A program made the translations under genes and the position numbers. From a virus (taxonomy: Duplodnaviria > Caudoviricetes), in the IMG/VR virus record IMGVR_UViG_3300017903_002946, positions 1 through 64,000 of that record: 64,000 nucleotides of DNA; one strand, 5' to 3'. Below the pieces are notes generated by a model, which saw only the letters and a program-made list of their open reading frames with translations, made no database searches and had not been told where the DNA came from. Below are positions 9,943-19,352 of this stretch, piece after piece; within the stretch, counting starts at the first letter, position 1, and the number at the start of each line of letters is the position of its first letter.

Positions 9943-10584
9943 TCAGGCGCTTTGACCAGCTTCAATTCCATAAGGAATATGAGCGTCGTCAACATCAGGA
10001 GCAGAAGCTCCACGGTAGTAGCAGACTTCAACCAGAATGGCGGAAGGGCTCTTACGATCAGCACCAGCAGAAGGATTCTGCTCAGCGGTGAATGCTGCAG
10101 AAGTAACGACTTGAACTGCAGTATCAGCAGAAGTGCTAACAGCAGTACCATTCAGAACACCCAGCATAGGGGAAATAGCACCAGCCGCAGGGAAGAACAG
10201 GTCTGATCCAGCGGTCAGGGTGACTTCACTACCAGTGTTACCAGGGGCGTTGCCGCCAAGAGCAGCAATCTTGATGGTATTACCGGAAGCTGCTGCTTTC
10301 ACGCCAGGAGCGGAAACAGCGGTGCGATAAACAACGGAGTTCTTAGGAATCACGAAGTTTTTATCGATACGTGGCTTGTCATCCTGACGAAGATCAGGGG
10401 ACAGAACCTTCAGGTTATAGGTGCCAGCCGACAGTGAACCACTGGAAAGAGTACCAGCGTTATCGGGATCCAGAACCAGCGCACCAACGATGCGGTAGAA
10501 CTCGACACCAGGGAGAGCTTCTACACCTTGTTCGCGATAAGCGTTCAGGTGAGCAACATAGTTACCGGGAAAAATTACAGACAT
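9943..10584 (-). CDS. Probable capsid decoration / minor capsid protein
   Basis: 213 aa, Ala/Gly/Ser-rich, directly after the major capsid gene with an AGGAGG ribosome site, host-like codon bias. Confidence 0.55.
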   Translation of the reverse strand: MSVIFPGNYVAHLNAYREQGVEALPGVEFYRIVGALVLDPDNAGTLSSGSLSAGTYNLKVLSPDLRQDDKPRIDKNFVIPKNSVVYRTAVSAPGVKAAASGNTIKIAALGGNAPGNTGSEVTLTAGSDLFFPAAGAISPMLGVLNGTAVSTSADTAVQVVTSAAFTAEQNPSAGADRKSPSAILVEVCYYRGASAPDVDDAHIPYGIEAGQSA

Positions 10585-10600
10585 TGTTAGTTACCTCCTA

Positions 10601-11749
10601 TCAATAAACGAAAGAGTAACCAACCGTAATGAAATCGCGGTTAAGCGTTTCAAAACCGGCAAACAGCGACCAGATCATGATGATAAAACGGCTGAAGTCA
10701 TCGTTGTTATTCAGCAAGATCTGAGCGTTGTTACCACCAATACCCACGCCAACAGCCTGAGGGCCGAAGAAGATCAACTGAGCTGCTGTGTAGTCAGCTG
10801 CAGAGCTGCTTTCATCAGTCACAACCAGGTTGTAAGTGGTTTCGGGCAGGTTGGTGGACTCAAACCAACGAACACCCTCAAAGAGGAAGCCAGTTGGCAT
10901 AACGGGTTGGCCAGCCACAAAACCGGCTTGACCATAAGCAGGACCCATGCCTTGGTAGAAGTTGGCATTGGGAGCTTGATTGGGCTGCATGGGGTTAATC
11001 ATGCCATTGCCCGGATAACGAGCGATCTCGCGGAAGTCAGCATTCTGACGCAGATGCATCATTGCAGTTGGATCCACAATGCAACGGTAGTAGCCATCAG
11101 CAAAAGTAGGGACGTTGCGCTTACGCATGTCCTTGACGACTTCCAAGAGGTCAGTCTTAACATCGAACTTGGCGGATTCACCAGCGGCGTAAGTGACGCC
11201 CAAAGTGCCACCAGAGCCACCCTTGGCTTTGCTGCCGGGAAGATAGTAACCACCTTGATCTTTGCTTGCTTGACCAGCAGCTTCGGCTTTCAGGAGTTCG
11301 TTAGCGAACACCCGATCGCGCCAACGGCGATAGTCATCGAGCAGGGTCAGAGAACCAATACTTTGATGGAATACGTTCAGATTGCCAGTATCCAGCAGCA
11401 AACGCTGAGCGGTAATCAGAGTTTCACGGGCCACCTTAAAGGTGGAAGGTTGAGAGGAATCGCGAGAGTCAGCAGGACCGGTGTACTCACGGAGAGTAAC
11501 CAGCACTTTGTCTTTAACGATATTACGTGCGGAGGCAGATCCAAGGGTTTGATCGGCAGTCCGCTCACGGGACTCCTTAGTGCCGGGCTTGCCCCAGAAG
11601 CGATAGCGATCTAACTGAACAGTTTGACCGGGTTGCTTGGAGAAGTCGTGTACCACAACAGGCTCAACTGCCATCTCAATGATGTAAGCCGGGTGGGGAC
11701 GATAAAGCTCTGCACCAAGAAGCTTCGGAAAATCATTATCAATCCACAT
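10601..11749 (-). CDS. Major capsid protein
   Basis: 382 aa, strong C-ending codon bias, followed by a decoration-like gene and terminator; HK97-fold-like motifs (PGQTVQLDRY, YRCIVDPTAMMHLR, GVRWFEST, FFGPQAVG). Confidence 0.75.
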   Translation of the reverse strand: MWIDNDFPKLLGAELYRPHPAYIIEMAVEPVVVHDFSKQPGQTVQLDRYRFWGKPGTKESRERTADQTLGSASARNIVKDKVLVTLREYTGPADSRDSSQPSTFKVARETLITAQRLLLDTGNLNVFHQSIGSLTLLDDYRRWRDRVFANELLKAEAAGQASKDQGGYYLPGSKAKGGSGGTLGVTYAAGESAKFDVKTDLLEVVKDMRKRNVPTFADGYYRCIVDPTAMMHLRQNADFREIARYPGNGMINPMQPNQAPNANFYQGMGPAYGQAGFVAGQPVMPTGFLFEGVRWFESTNLPETTYNLVVTDESSSAADYTAAQLIFFGPQAVGVGIGGNNAQILLNNNDDFSRFIIMIWSLFAGFETLNRDFITVGYSFVY

Positions 11750-11855
11750 AGGATCGTAACTCCGTAAGCTAAAAGGTTTATAAGTGACTTCGACTTAGCC
11801 ACATATAACGATAGTACTAGTTATTGCTATACTTTAGAATATATACCCCAATATT

Positions 11856-12248
11856 TTGTGGTTAATGAAAATGGAATTTATTGACGATAATGAATGGACT
11901 CCAATTCACACTTTGCCAGGTTATGAATGTTGTATTGAATACTATATTAATAGCAAAGGGCAAATTAAAAGTACTAAAGGCAAGTCTGAAAAAATATTAA
12001 AACAGAGAAAAAATAAGAATGGCTATATGCAAGTAAATTTAACGCAGCGAATTGGACGTAAGAAAACTATTACAGCTGCTGTTCATGCATTAGTCGCACT
12101 TGCTTTTTTGAAACCTCCAATGTCATTACCAGGTCGAACAAAGTCTTGCAGTAGAGTTCGTCATGTTGATGGCAGAAAAGATAACAATATAGTTGGTAAT
12201 CTTAAATGGACTAAAATAGAAGAAAGTTGTAATCGCAAAAATGGCTGA
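11856..12248 (+). mobile_element. NUMOD4-HNH homing endonuclease-like gene
   Basis: EWTPIHTLPGY...YYINSKGQIKS (NUMOD4), GYMQVNL, VHALVALAF, HVDGRKDNNIVGNLKW; opposite strand to the virion module; start may be 11865 or 11871. Confidence 0.8.
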
Positions 12249-12765
12249 TAGTTTGATTCTTGCTGGTGTAAAAAACATTAGTAAGCATACTGGTAAAGAG
12301 CTCCGTTTAACCAGACCCAAGCGAGGAGGCGATACTCATAAAATTAAAGAATGGTGGCACACTACAAATGGTGTTCAATATATTGACTGCACCATTTTTG
12401 ATGTAATTGCCAATGGTGAAATTATGAAGCTGGCTATTGCTTCAGGTGATGGAACTTATATACGTATTGATCATGACGGCAAATTAAACTTTAATTTTTA
12501 TGGTGCAAGAGGCGTCACTCGTGCAGCTTTGCTGACTAGTGATCTTGAATTAATTGAACACTACGTTTTGCCTACTATGAGTGGTGGCAAAGTTATGACT
12601 GTTAAGCCTCAAGGAGCAGTTGAAAAACCTAAAGGACCTGAGCCAAAAACTGTTGCTCCAATTAAATCAGTAAAAAAGACTCCAGTTGTCACTACTAAAT
12701 CTTCTCCTGTTCCTACAATTAAACTTTCTAGAACACCTACAAAGAAAAATAAAACCCAAGATTAA
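12241..12765 (+). CDS. Hypothetical protein
   Basis: 174 aa, overlaps the HNH stop; Lys/Pro-rich tail. Confidence 0.6.
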   Translation: MADSLILAGVKNISKHTGKELRLTRPKRGGDTHKIKEWWHTTNGVQYIDCTIFDVIANGEIMKLAIASGDGTYIRIDHDGKLNFNFYGARGVTRAALLTSDLELIEHYVLPTMSGGKVMTVKPQGAVEKPKGPEPKTVAPIKSVKKTPVVTTKSSPVPTIKLSRTPTKKNKTQD

Positions 12766-13451
12766 TAACTTGGTCGATCATTACTCTTCATGATGTATGA
12801 CTGATTTGTAATTGATGCAAGGGGAGTATATTCTTCTCCAATTTTTACTTGAATTTTATATGGAAGCCTGCGAGTATTTCTTGCATGAATTCCAACAAAG
12901 AAATAGTCTTTTGGTTTAATATACATTAGATCATATGGATGCTCTTCATGATTGCTTGTATATAAACGTACATCAAGATGTGAATCGTTATAGATATTTT
13001 CAGTTTTTTCATTTATAAGCTCAACGCTTAAATACGTTTCAGTTCCTATATCCGGTAATGTAATTGCAGGAGTAGCTGCACTATTCCAATCAATATCATT
13101 TTCGGGGGCATCGTCATCTTTAGCTGCTAAAGAGTAGCTCGGTGATACTGAAGTATTGAATAGATCAATTGTGGCAGCGTTATATCCTGCCTCCATGTAT
13201 TCAGCTAGAACAATATCACCAACTACATTTAGGTTGATTCGTATGAAGTAGTTTTCTACACCAAACAATCCAACAGCATCTTCGTACTGAAGGGTATATG
13301 GAACAACGCTTATTTCTTCTACATTTGGCTTAACAATGCTTGCACCACTTGCATAATTAAGTACCTTTCCAGAAGCATAACGATCTGGATTAGTATTATC
13401 ACTTGCAGAATAAACCTGATCGTGCTTTAAGATTTCTGCTGTAACATTCAT
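12762..13451 (-). CDS. Hypothetical protein
   Basis: 229 aa; TACAAT box at 13475-13480. Confidence 0.6.
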   Translation of the reverse strand: MNVTAEILKHDQVYSASDNTNPDRYASGKVLNYASGASIVKPNVEEISVVPYTLQYEDAVGLFGVENYFIRINLNVVGDIVLAEYMEAGYNAATIDLFNTSVSPSYSLAAKDDDAPENDIDWNSAATPAITLPDIGTETYLSVELINEKTENIYNDSHLDVRLYTSNHEEHPYDLMYIKPKDYFFVGIHARNTRRLPYKIQVKIGEEYTPLASITNQSYIMKSNDRPSY

Positions 13452-13480
13452 TCTGCATCAGCTTACTTTCTTATATTGTA

Positions 13481-14422
13481 TTAAACATAGTCACTGACGC
13501 ATTCTGATTGCTCTCTCAATGTTTTCAATGCTTTATGTTCAAGAGTCCTTACGCGATCTCTACTCATATTCAAAATCTGACCAATTGCTGTCATAGACAT
13601 TGGCTCAAGTATTTCGTCTCCGATTCCATAGCGCATGCTAATCACAGCAGCTTGCATTTCAGGCAAATCTCGTATAAGTTCTCGAATATCATCTTTAATA
13701 AACTGCCTCTCTAATAGAAATTCAGGTAGTTGTGTTTTATCTTCTAAAAGATCAACAAGAGCGGTATCACGATTTTCTCCAATCTTGATTTCTAAAGATG
13801 TTGGCTGACGAGCTTTGCACATCAAATCTTTAATTTCATCAACACTAAGATCTAGATATTTAGACAGCTCAAAAACATTTGGAATTTCCCCATTTATTTG
13901 GCTTAACTCACGCTGGGCTTTCTTAAGTTTGTTGAGGTTTTCTGTAACATGAATTGGTAGCCGAATCGCCCTCGATTTTTCAGCGATCGCCCTAGTAATC
14001 CCTTGCCGAATCCACCAATATGCATAAGTACTAAACTTATAGCCACGGCCCGGATCAAATTTTTCCACACCTCTTACAAGTCCAATTGTTCCTTCTTGAA
14101 TAATATCAAGTAAATCCATATTTCGTTTCGTATATTTCTTTGCTACTGAAACAACTAAACGTAGATTAGCTGTCACCATTTTATCTTTCGCTTTTTCTCC
14201 CTCACGAATTTCTCGTTTTAAATTTTTAACAGTTATGCCTAAAACGGCTGCTAAGTCTTCTGTTGTTGCTGTATTTGCTAGATCTTCGCATGCTTTGATT
14301 TCCATCAATCGCTGTACTTTACGGCCTAGCAAAATTTCCTCATCGTGATCAAGAAGTGGGATTCTTCCAATGTCGCGCAAATAGGAACGAACAGAATCTC
14401 CTGTACTCTTGGTTTGGGACAT
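13481..14422 (-). CDS. rpoD: RNA polymerase sigma70-family factor, cyanobacterial group-2 type
   Basis: Region 1.2 [16 protein letters not shown], region 2 [13 protein letters not shown]...[19 protein letters not shown], region 4 HTH; no region 1.1; ATG 14422 preferred over TTG 14428. Confidence 0.95.
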   Translation of the reverse strand: MSQTKSTGDSVRSYLRDIGRIPLLDHDEEILLGRKVQRLMEIKACEDLANTATTEDLAAVLGITVKNLKREIREGEKAKDKMVTANLRLVVSVAKKYTKRNMDLLDIIQEGTIGLVRGVEKFDPGRGYKFSTYAYWWIRQGITRAIAEKSRAIRLPIHVTENLNKLKKAQRELSQINGEIPNVFELSKYLDLSVDEIKDLMCKARQPTSLEIKIGENRDTALVDLLEDKTQLPEFLLERQFIKDDIRELIRDLPEMQAAVISMRYGIGDEILEPMSMTAIGQILNMSRDRVRTLEHKALKTLREQSECVSDYV

Positions 14423-14469
14423 ATTCAATCTTCACTGATACTTAATTCTACCAGCCTAAATAATATTTA

Positions 14470-14760
14470 TCAACCGTAAATTCGTGCAAATCTGAGACTT
14501 TCTTTTGGGTTTTCTCCTTTCTCCATTGCTTCTACAGCCATTGCTTGAGCAGCATGTTCGTTATATCCTCTTTCTTTGTAATTTTCGAAATTTCGTTGAT
14601 ATTGTTCAATAGAACTATCAAAGTCAGTACCGCTAGTAACCATCTCTGCGGTCATTTGATTAGCTGCCTGATCAGGCACACCATCAGATGTAAGGTGCTT
14701 AAAAATAGTTTGAAATAGTTCTGGATCAGAAACGAACTCTCCTGCCTTTCTACTATTCAC
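14470..14760 (-). CDS. Hypothetical protein (RKAGEF N-terminal motif)
   Basis: 96 aa, internal duplication GxxxxAAxxMxxE; TAGAAT box at 14787-14792. Confidence 0.6.
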   Translation of the reverse strand: MNSRKAGEFVSDPELFQTIFKHLTSDGVPDQAANQMTAEMVTSGTDFDSSIEQYQRNFENYKERGYNEHAAQAMAVEAMEKGENPKESLRFARIYG

Positions 14761-14805
14761 AGCACCGTACTAATTAATTCTTTCCTATTCTATCAATCGT
14801 ACAAA

Positions 14806-15204
14806 TCAAGCCATAGCATTTTTCATGCCTAACTGTTGCATTACACTAATACCTCTTCTCTCTGCTTCGCCAGGATTGGCAAAAGATGAAGTTGCAGAAT
14901 TAGCGCCATATTTGGCATAAATCATTGTAGAGATTGCTTGTGCTGCATCTTGTTCTGCTTGAGACTGCTTTAGCTGTGCGGTACGCATAGCGCCTTCTTG
15001 TGCTGCAATATTACCAATTACTGCTGTATCAGCATCTTGACCGACTTTAGTCAATAGCTGTTGGGAGCTAATTTGCTCCTGTGGATTTAAAGCAACTTTA
15101 CTAGCAGTTCCAGCATCCATTAGATTGCTAACTAAAGGGGTCTTCTGGACCATACCCGGTTCGCCTTTGTTTAAATGAGCGTAAGCTAAAGTCGGATTAA
15201 TCAT
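14806..15204 (-). CDS. Hypothetical Ala/Gln-rich protein
   Basis: 132 aa; TACAAT box at 15231-15236. Confidence 0.55.
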   Translation of the reverse strand: MINPTLAYAHLNKGEPGMVQKTPLVSNLMDAGTASKVALNPQEQISSQQLLTKVGQDADTAVIGNIAAQEGAMRTAQLKQSQAEQDAAQAISTMIYAKYGANSATSSFANPGEAERRGISVMQQLGMKNAMA

Positions 15205-15242
15205 CTCTACAAACTTTTGTTGTTATTTATATTGTATGCAAA

Positions 15243-15620
15243 TTAAATGCGCCCTTGTTCTGGCCCATCAGCATAATCAATAGCGGCCAGTAATGCAGCA
15301 AGACCTCCTGATCCAGCAAGTACTTGTCCAGCCATTCGTTGAGTATTAGTATCAGGGGCTTTATTTTTGAGTGCATAATCGCCCCCAACACCTAAAAGCT
15401 CTTTTACAAAAATATCTAGATTTTTGTTTTCAGGTCTAGATGCTAATTCAACCGCAGTTGCAATATCTTCTGGCGTCGGTTTACGGCCAAGTACTTTCTC
15501 AAGTATTTGAGGAGTAATTTCACCGTGAAATACATAATCTAGATCAGGATTAGAAGGCAATGACCCCGAAGAGCCAATGCCTAATTCTCTTGCTCTAGCG
15601 CCAGAGTTGTATCCCATCAC
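15243..15620 (-). CDS. Hypothetical protein
   Basis: 125 aa, overlaps the scaffold stop. Confidence 0.55.
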   Translation of the reverse strand: MMGYNSGARARELGIGSSGSLPSNPDLDYVFHGEITPQILEKVLGRKPTPEDIATAVELASRPENKNLDIFVKELLGVGGDYALKNKAPDTNTQRMAGQVLAGSGGLAALLAAIDYADGPEQGRI

Positions 15621-16603
15621 ATGTCTTGAATTAATGCTTTAGTCTGCAGGGCACCTTGAGGGGCTTGAGACAGATACTGCCAAGCTTGCTCAGGGTTGTT
15701 ATCCATCATCTGACTGAAAGATCCCCAGAAATCATTTGCAACGTTCTCTTGGCGGCCAGGTGTTGGCATTTCCATTTGAGGGCGCTGGAAGTTTGGAGGA
15801 ACTTGACCTTTTTCTTGAGCTTCGATTTCAGCTTCAAACTGAGCACGAGCTTCAGCTTGCTCACGAACGCTGGTTTCTTCAGCAGTTTCCGTAGGATAAG
15901 GACCATTGGGGCCGAAAAACTCATTGACATAGTCAGCAAGTACATCGGGATTAGTCAGCATGGTGTTCATAGCACCGTTCTGCTCCATTGCAGCTTCAAA
16001 GCTGGTGACTACATCATTGCCGCGATGAACTTGCTCAATCAGAGCATCTTCAACAGCACAAGCATAAGTATTTAAAAGGGCGGGGGCTTCAGCACCGAAG
16101 TGCTCAAGAACCTCAAGACTTTCGTTGCTGATTCCGCTTAGATACTGATCTTGAGCCTGACTTGCTCCGTGCTGAGCTGCTTGCTGAACCAGCTGACTGA
16201 CCTCTGCTTCCGAATACCCCTGGGTTGAAACTTGGGGCTGCGAAGTCGGGGCTACCGATTGCGCCATTGAAGCCCAGTTGGGTTGTGTAGTTGCCTGCGG
16301 GGTTGGCGTCGTTTGGTAAGCCGAGGGTGAAACCTGGGCCTGGGAGGGGTTGGACGTATTCAGGCTTGCGCTCAGAGCCTGAAACGCCTGCTGCCATGGA
16401 TTGGCCTGGGGTGCCGAAGCCTGCTGGGCCTGGGCCGGTGCCTGGTAAACCGGAGCCTGTGGTACCACCGATTGGGCCGGTGATGCCTGGGAGGTTTGGG
16501 GTACGCTCGTCGCGTACTGACTGGCCGCGCTGGGCACGTAATTGGTCGGCGTTGCTGAGCTCGGCTGGGGTGCTTGTGCTGTCGCCTGGCTTGTAACTTC
16601 CAC
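15617..16603 (-). CDS. Probable capsid scaffolding protein
   Basis: GTG start with TAAGGAG ribosome site; Gln/Ala/Pro-rich disordered N-half and helical C-half; lies between portal and capsid genes; high-expression codon bias. Confidence 0.6.
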   Translation of the reverse strand: MEVTSQATAQAPQPSSATPTNYVPSAASQYATSVPQTSQASPAQSVVPQAPVYQAPAQAQQASAPQANPWQQAFQALSASLNTSNPSQAQVSPSAYQTTPTPQATTQPNWASMAQSVAPTSQPQVSTQGYSEAEVSQLVQQAAQHGASQAQDQYLSGISNESLEVLEHFGAEAPALLNTYACAVEDALIEQVHRGNDVVTSFEAAMEQNGAMNTMLTNPDVLADYVNEFFGPNGPYPTETAEETSVREQAEARAQFEAEIEAQEKGQVPPNFQRPQMEMPTPGRQENVANDFWGSFSQMMDNNPEQAWQYLSQAPQGALQTKALIQDM

Positions 16604-18371
16604 TGTAACTTAACTCCTTACGTAAAAATTCTAATGATCGATATAAGAACCCTGTCATATCAAGGTTCGGGTCAGATGCCAAAGGCATGTCTGGCATTTG
16701 TGGATGTGGTAATTGATAAAAACTACCAAGAAGACTAATAAAGCTGTTAATACTGCTTTGGGTTTGCTGGACCATTCTGAACGGAAATCCGCTTAGCATT
16801 GCGGCTCTTTCTTCGTCAGTTTTTCCGGGGAAAAGATACTTAAGAGCTTCAATAGAATCAACTCCTAATTCTTGAAGGTTGCGGACGACAATACTGTTGT
16901 TCAGAATGTCTTCAGTGCTTTCTTCAAAGACTTCACCCATCCATCTCCAGCTAACTTTTGTTGAGCCGTCTGGAATAAGTCCAGTGACACTAGGAGGTAT
17001 CTCACCTGAATCTAGTTTAACACGCATCTCATCATCACGTTTTTCAACGAATTTGCGGTAGTCTTTTTTATATTTTTCAGCAGCTTTCTTGTATAGTTCT
17101 TCATTTTGATACTCTTCAGGAAGAGGAAGTATAGGCTCTTCTAATCCAATTGCTACAGCAAATGATTCTCTGAAGTTACGCTCTTCAGCATAAATCATCA
17201 TTGCAAATAGACGGCATAAACCATAAGTAAATAATGATCGCGCCTTCTTTTCTGCAGTTGCAGCAACACGTCCGTATAAGGTTTTAATCTCATATGCGGT
17301 TGCGGCAGTATTGATATCAATATCATCAACTCCACCAAGTGCTAAACGTATTTCAGATCGATACTGTTTTACATATAAATTTTGATCTCCAGACACGCTA
17401 TCAGGTGTCATATATCCAACACGATCTGTTGGTTCAAGGTTTGCAATTACACGAGGTACTTTGATCTGTCCATCAAGCGATGCGCCACCAAAAGGCTGAC
17501 TTACACGAGTACTAGACCGTGAAGACGCACCAATGGGTGCAAATCCAGCTTGAGAGCTAATAGTCGGTCGGAAAGAGCTCTCATCACCACTTTCAACGAT
17601 GTCATGCTTGGGCCTGCTAGAAATAAGAGTTGGGTTGCCGAAGAACTTCATGTTCTTTCGGATATTTCTTACTAATTCATCGTGATATAGAATTTGATGT
17701 GCTAACCAATTAAACTCACCGTTACCAGTAGCTTCTCCGGTGCAGTCCATGTGATTAAATACTTCAACCGCAGGTATAAATCCAAGACTATTAGTTAATA
17801 CCTCAGTTTGCCCAGGGCTGCCTATAGGCATTGCACCCATTTGATTTGAAAACTCAATTTTCTCATCAGAAATTGTCTGTTCAATTCGATCTTTATAAAC
17901 TTTTAGTTGAATATATTTTTTCTTTCCAGATTTACCATTTGAAAACGGGTAATTATCAGCTAATCCGTTGCTTTGCTGAATATTAAAAGAATACGTCAGC
18001 ACAACTGATTCAAGTTCACCAGTTTGATCACGATATGCTCTATAACTATCTTGAGGAAAGTACAAAATCTGATAACTTTCACCAGATGGTCTGAAATAAA
18101 ACAGACCTTGACCATCACATAGAAAATAATCGACAATACTGTCGTATTTCATTTCTAGCATGTTTTCTTCAACAACACGCGCTAAAAAATCTCTACGTTT
18201 ACCAAAAGAATCTTGCTCTGAGAAGAATTCAATACCTCTTCGCAGCATGAAAGTACGCATTTGGGCAAGATGAGAAGACACAATCATTGTGTCTACTGAC
18301 AAATCCCCTCTACGTTCTTTAGCAGCTAAGAGAATTTGTTGAAAATCACCTTTAACGGCAGTGTTTGCCAT
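16113..18371 (-). CDS. Probable portal protein with long C-terminal extension
   Basis: 752 aa near the terminase; portal-like layout (DYFLCDGQGLFYFRP, GFIPAVEVFN, TLYGRVAATAEKK, VSWRW); last ~163 codons overlap the scaffold gene. Confidence 0.7.
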   Translation of the reverse strand: MANTAVKGDFQQILLAAKERRGDLSVDTMIVSSHLAQMRTFMLRRGIEFFSEQDSFGKRRDFLARVVEENMLEMKYDSIVDYFLCDGQGLFYFRPSGESYQILYFPQDSYRAYRDQTGELESVVLTYSFNIQQSNGLADNYPFSNGKSGKKKYIQLKVYKDRIEQTISDEKIEFSNQMGAMPIGSPGQTEVLTNSLGFIPAVEVFNHMDCTGEATGNGEFNWLAHQILYHDELVRNIRKNMKFFGNPTLISSRPKHDIVESGDESSFRPTISSQAGFAPIGASSRSSTRVSQPFGGASLDGQIKVPRVIANLEPTDRVGYMTPDSVSGDQNLYVKQYRSEIRLALGGVDDIDINTAATAYEIKTLYGRVAATAEKKARSLFTYGLCRLFAMMIYAEERNFRESFAVAIGLEEPILPLPEEYQNEELYKKAAEKYKKDYRKFVEKRDDEMRVKLDSGEIPPSVTGLIPDGSTKVSWRWMGEVFEESTEDILNNSIVVRNLQELGVDSIEALKYLFPGKTDEERAAMLSGFPFRMVQQTQSSINSFISLLGSFYQLPHPQMPDMPLASDPNLDMTGFLYRSLEFLRKELSYSGSYKPGDSTSTPAELSNADQLRAQRGQSVRDERTPNLPGITGPIGGTTGSGLPGTGPGPAGFGTPGQSMAAGVSGSERKPEYVQPLPGPGFTLGLPNDANPAGNYTTQLGFNGAIGSPDFAAPSFNPGVFGSRGQSAGSASSSARSKSGSRSVSKRNQQRKS

Positions 18372-18397
18372 ATTATTACTATTTACTTATTTATAGT

Positions 18398-19345
18398 TTA
18401 AATCTTTTTGATTCGATCCATAGAATCTTCGAAAATTTCTTTAGTTTTGTCTTTTACCGGAGGTGGAATTTCTGGTAATTCAAAATTACCCATAAATGGA
18501 TTTATTCCAAATAGGTTTTGATTACGTTCCTTGGACCGATTACGTGATTCTGTAATAGAATTATTTAGGCTACTTTCTAATTGATACATTCTTTCAGGAT
18601 CATTCGCACCAAAATCACTGATCTTGCGTCTGTCAAAGCTCTTTTGCATATCTCTTTGACCAAGCATATTAGAATCAATATACATATCTATAAATCTAGC
18701 TGCAGCAGCAGGGCTATCATCAGTATCGTAGAAACCGCCCATGGTAGCTTTACTTACGGGAGAGTCATATAAGCTGCTTTCTCCACTACCACCTTGATAG
18801 TTGAAAATGCGATTACTACCGCCATAATAACGACGATTATCAGATTGATCTCTATTATCAATACGTTGACTAATTGAGTTGTCTTGATTAACTTGATTGT
18901 TATTTCCTTCAATATCAATAGGATTATTTTGAGAAATAGGTGAAACAATTCCGCTATCGCCACCTCTTACATTTCCAGTTTGCTGACTATTAGTTGGAAT
19001 CGGCTCTGGAGTTGGAGTTGCTACAGGTGTAGGTGTTGGTTCATCAGGATTATTTTTTGGACGATTATCTATCAAATCTCTTAAATTATCTAATGCTCCT
19101 TCAGCTTTACCTCCCATTTTAGTTTCATCTTTATTACGATCAGCATATTTAAGAACTTGTTTTGCTGCTCTATATTTATTTAATCCAAAATCTTTGGCAG
19201 CATCATGTGCATAACGAATATCTAAACCACTGAATCGATCAGCATCTTTACCGGATCCAGCCCCCCTAGCTGTTCTATCGTAGTTGTTTAAATATTCAAC
19301 ATAAGCGGCCAAATTGCCTTCTCCTGCTTTCCGTGATTTAGACAT
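18398..19345 (-). CDS. Hypothetical virion protein (RKAGE motif; paralogue of 40150-40734)
   Basis: 315 aa, PTPTP linker, GGDSGIVSPISQNNPIDIEGNNNQVNQDNSI segment. Confidence 0.6.
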   Translation of the reverse strand: MSKSRKAGEGNLAAYVEYLNNYDRTARGAGSGKDADRFSGLDIRYAHDAAKDFGLNKYRAAKQVLKYADRNKDETKMGGKAEGALDNLRDLIDNRPKNNPDEPTPTPVATPTPEPIPTNSQQTGNVRGGDSGIVSPISQNNPIDIEGNNNQVNQDNSISQRIDNRDQSDNRRYYGGSNRIFNYQGGSGESSLYDSPVSKATMGGFYDTDDSPAAAARFIDMYIDSNMLGQRDMQKSFDRRKISDFGANDPERMYQLESSLNNSITESRNRSKERNQNLFGINPFMGNFELPEIPPPVKDKTKEIFEDSMDRIKKI

Positions 19346-19352
19346 TTAATAT

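Noticed and set aside
10907-11614. Long antisense ORFs (10907-11614+, 29296-29808+, 41617-42183-, 46509-46985-, 15656-16075+ and similar)
   Set aside because: They shadow strongly codon-biased or repetitive genes on the other strand and show no motifs, ribosome sites or promoter boxes
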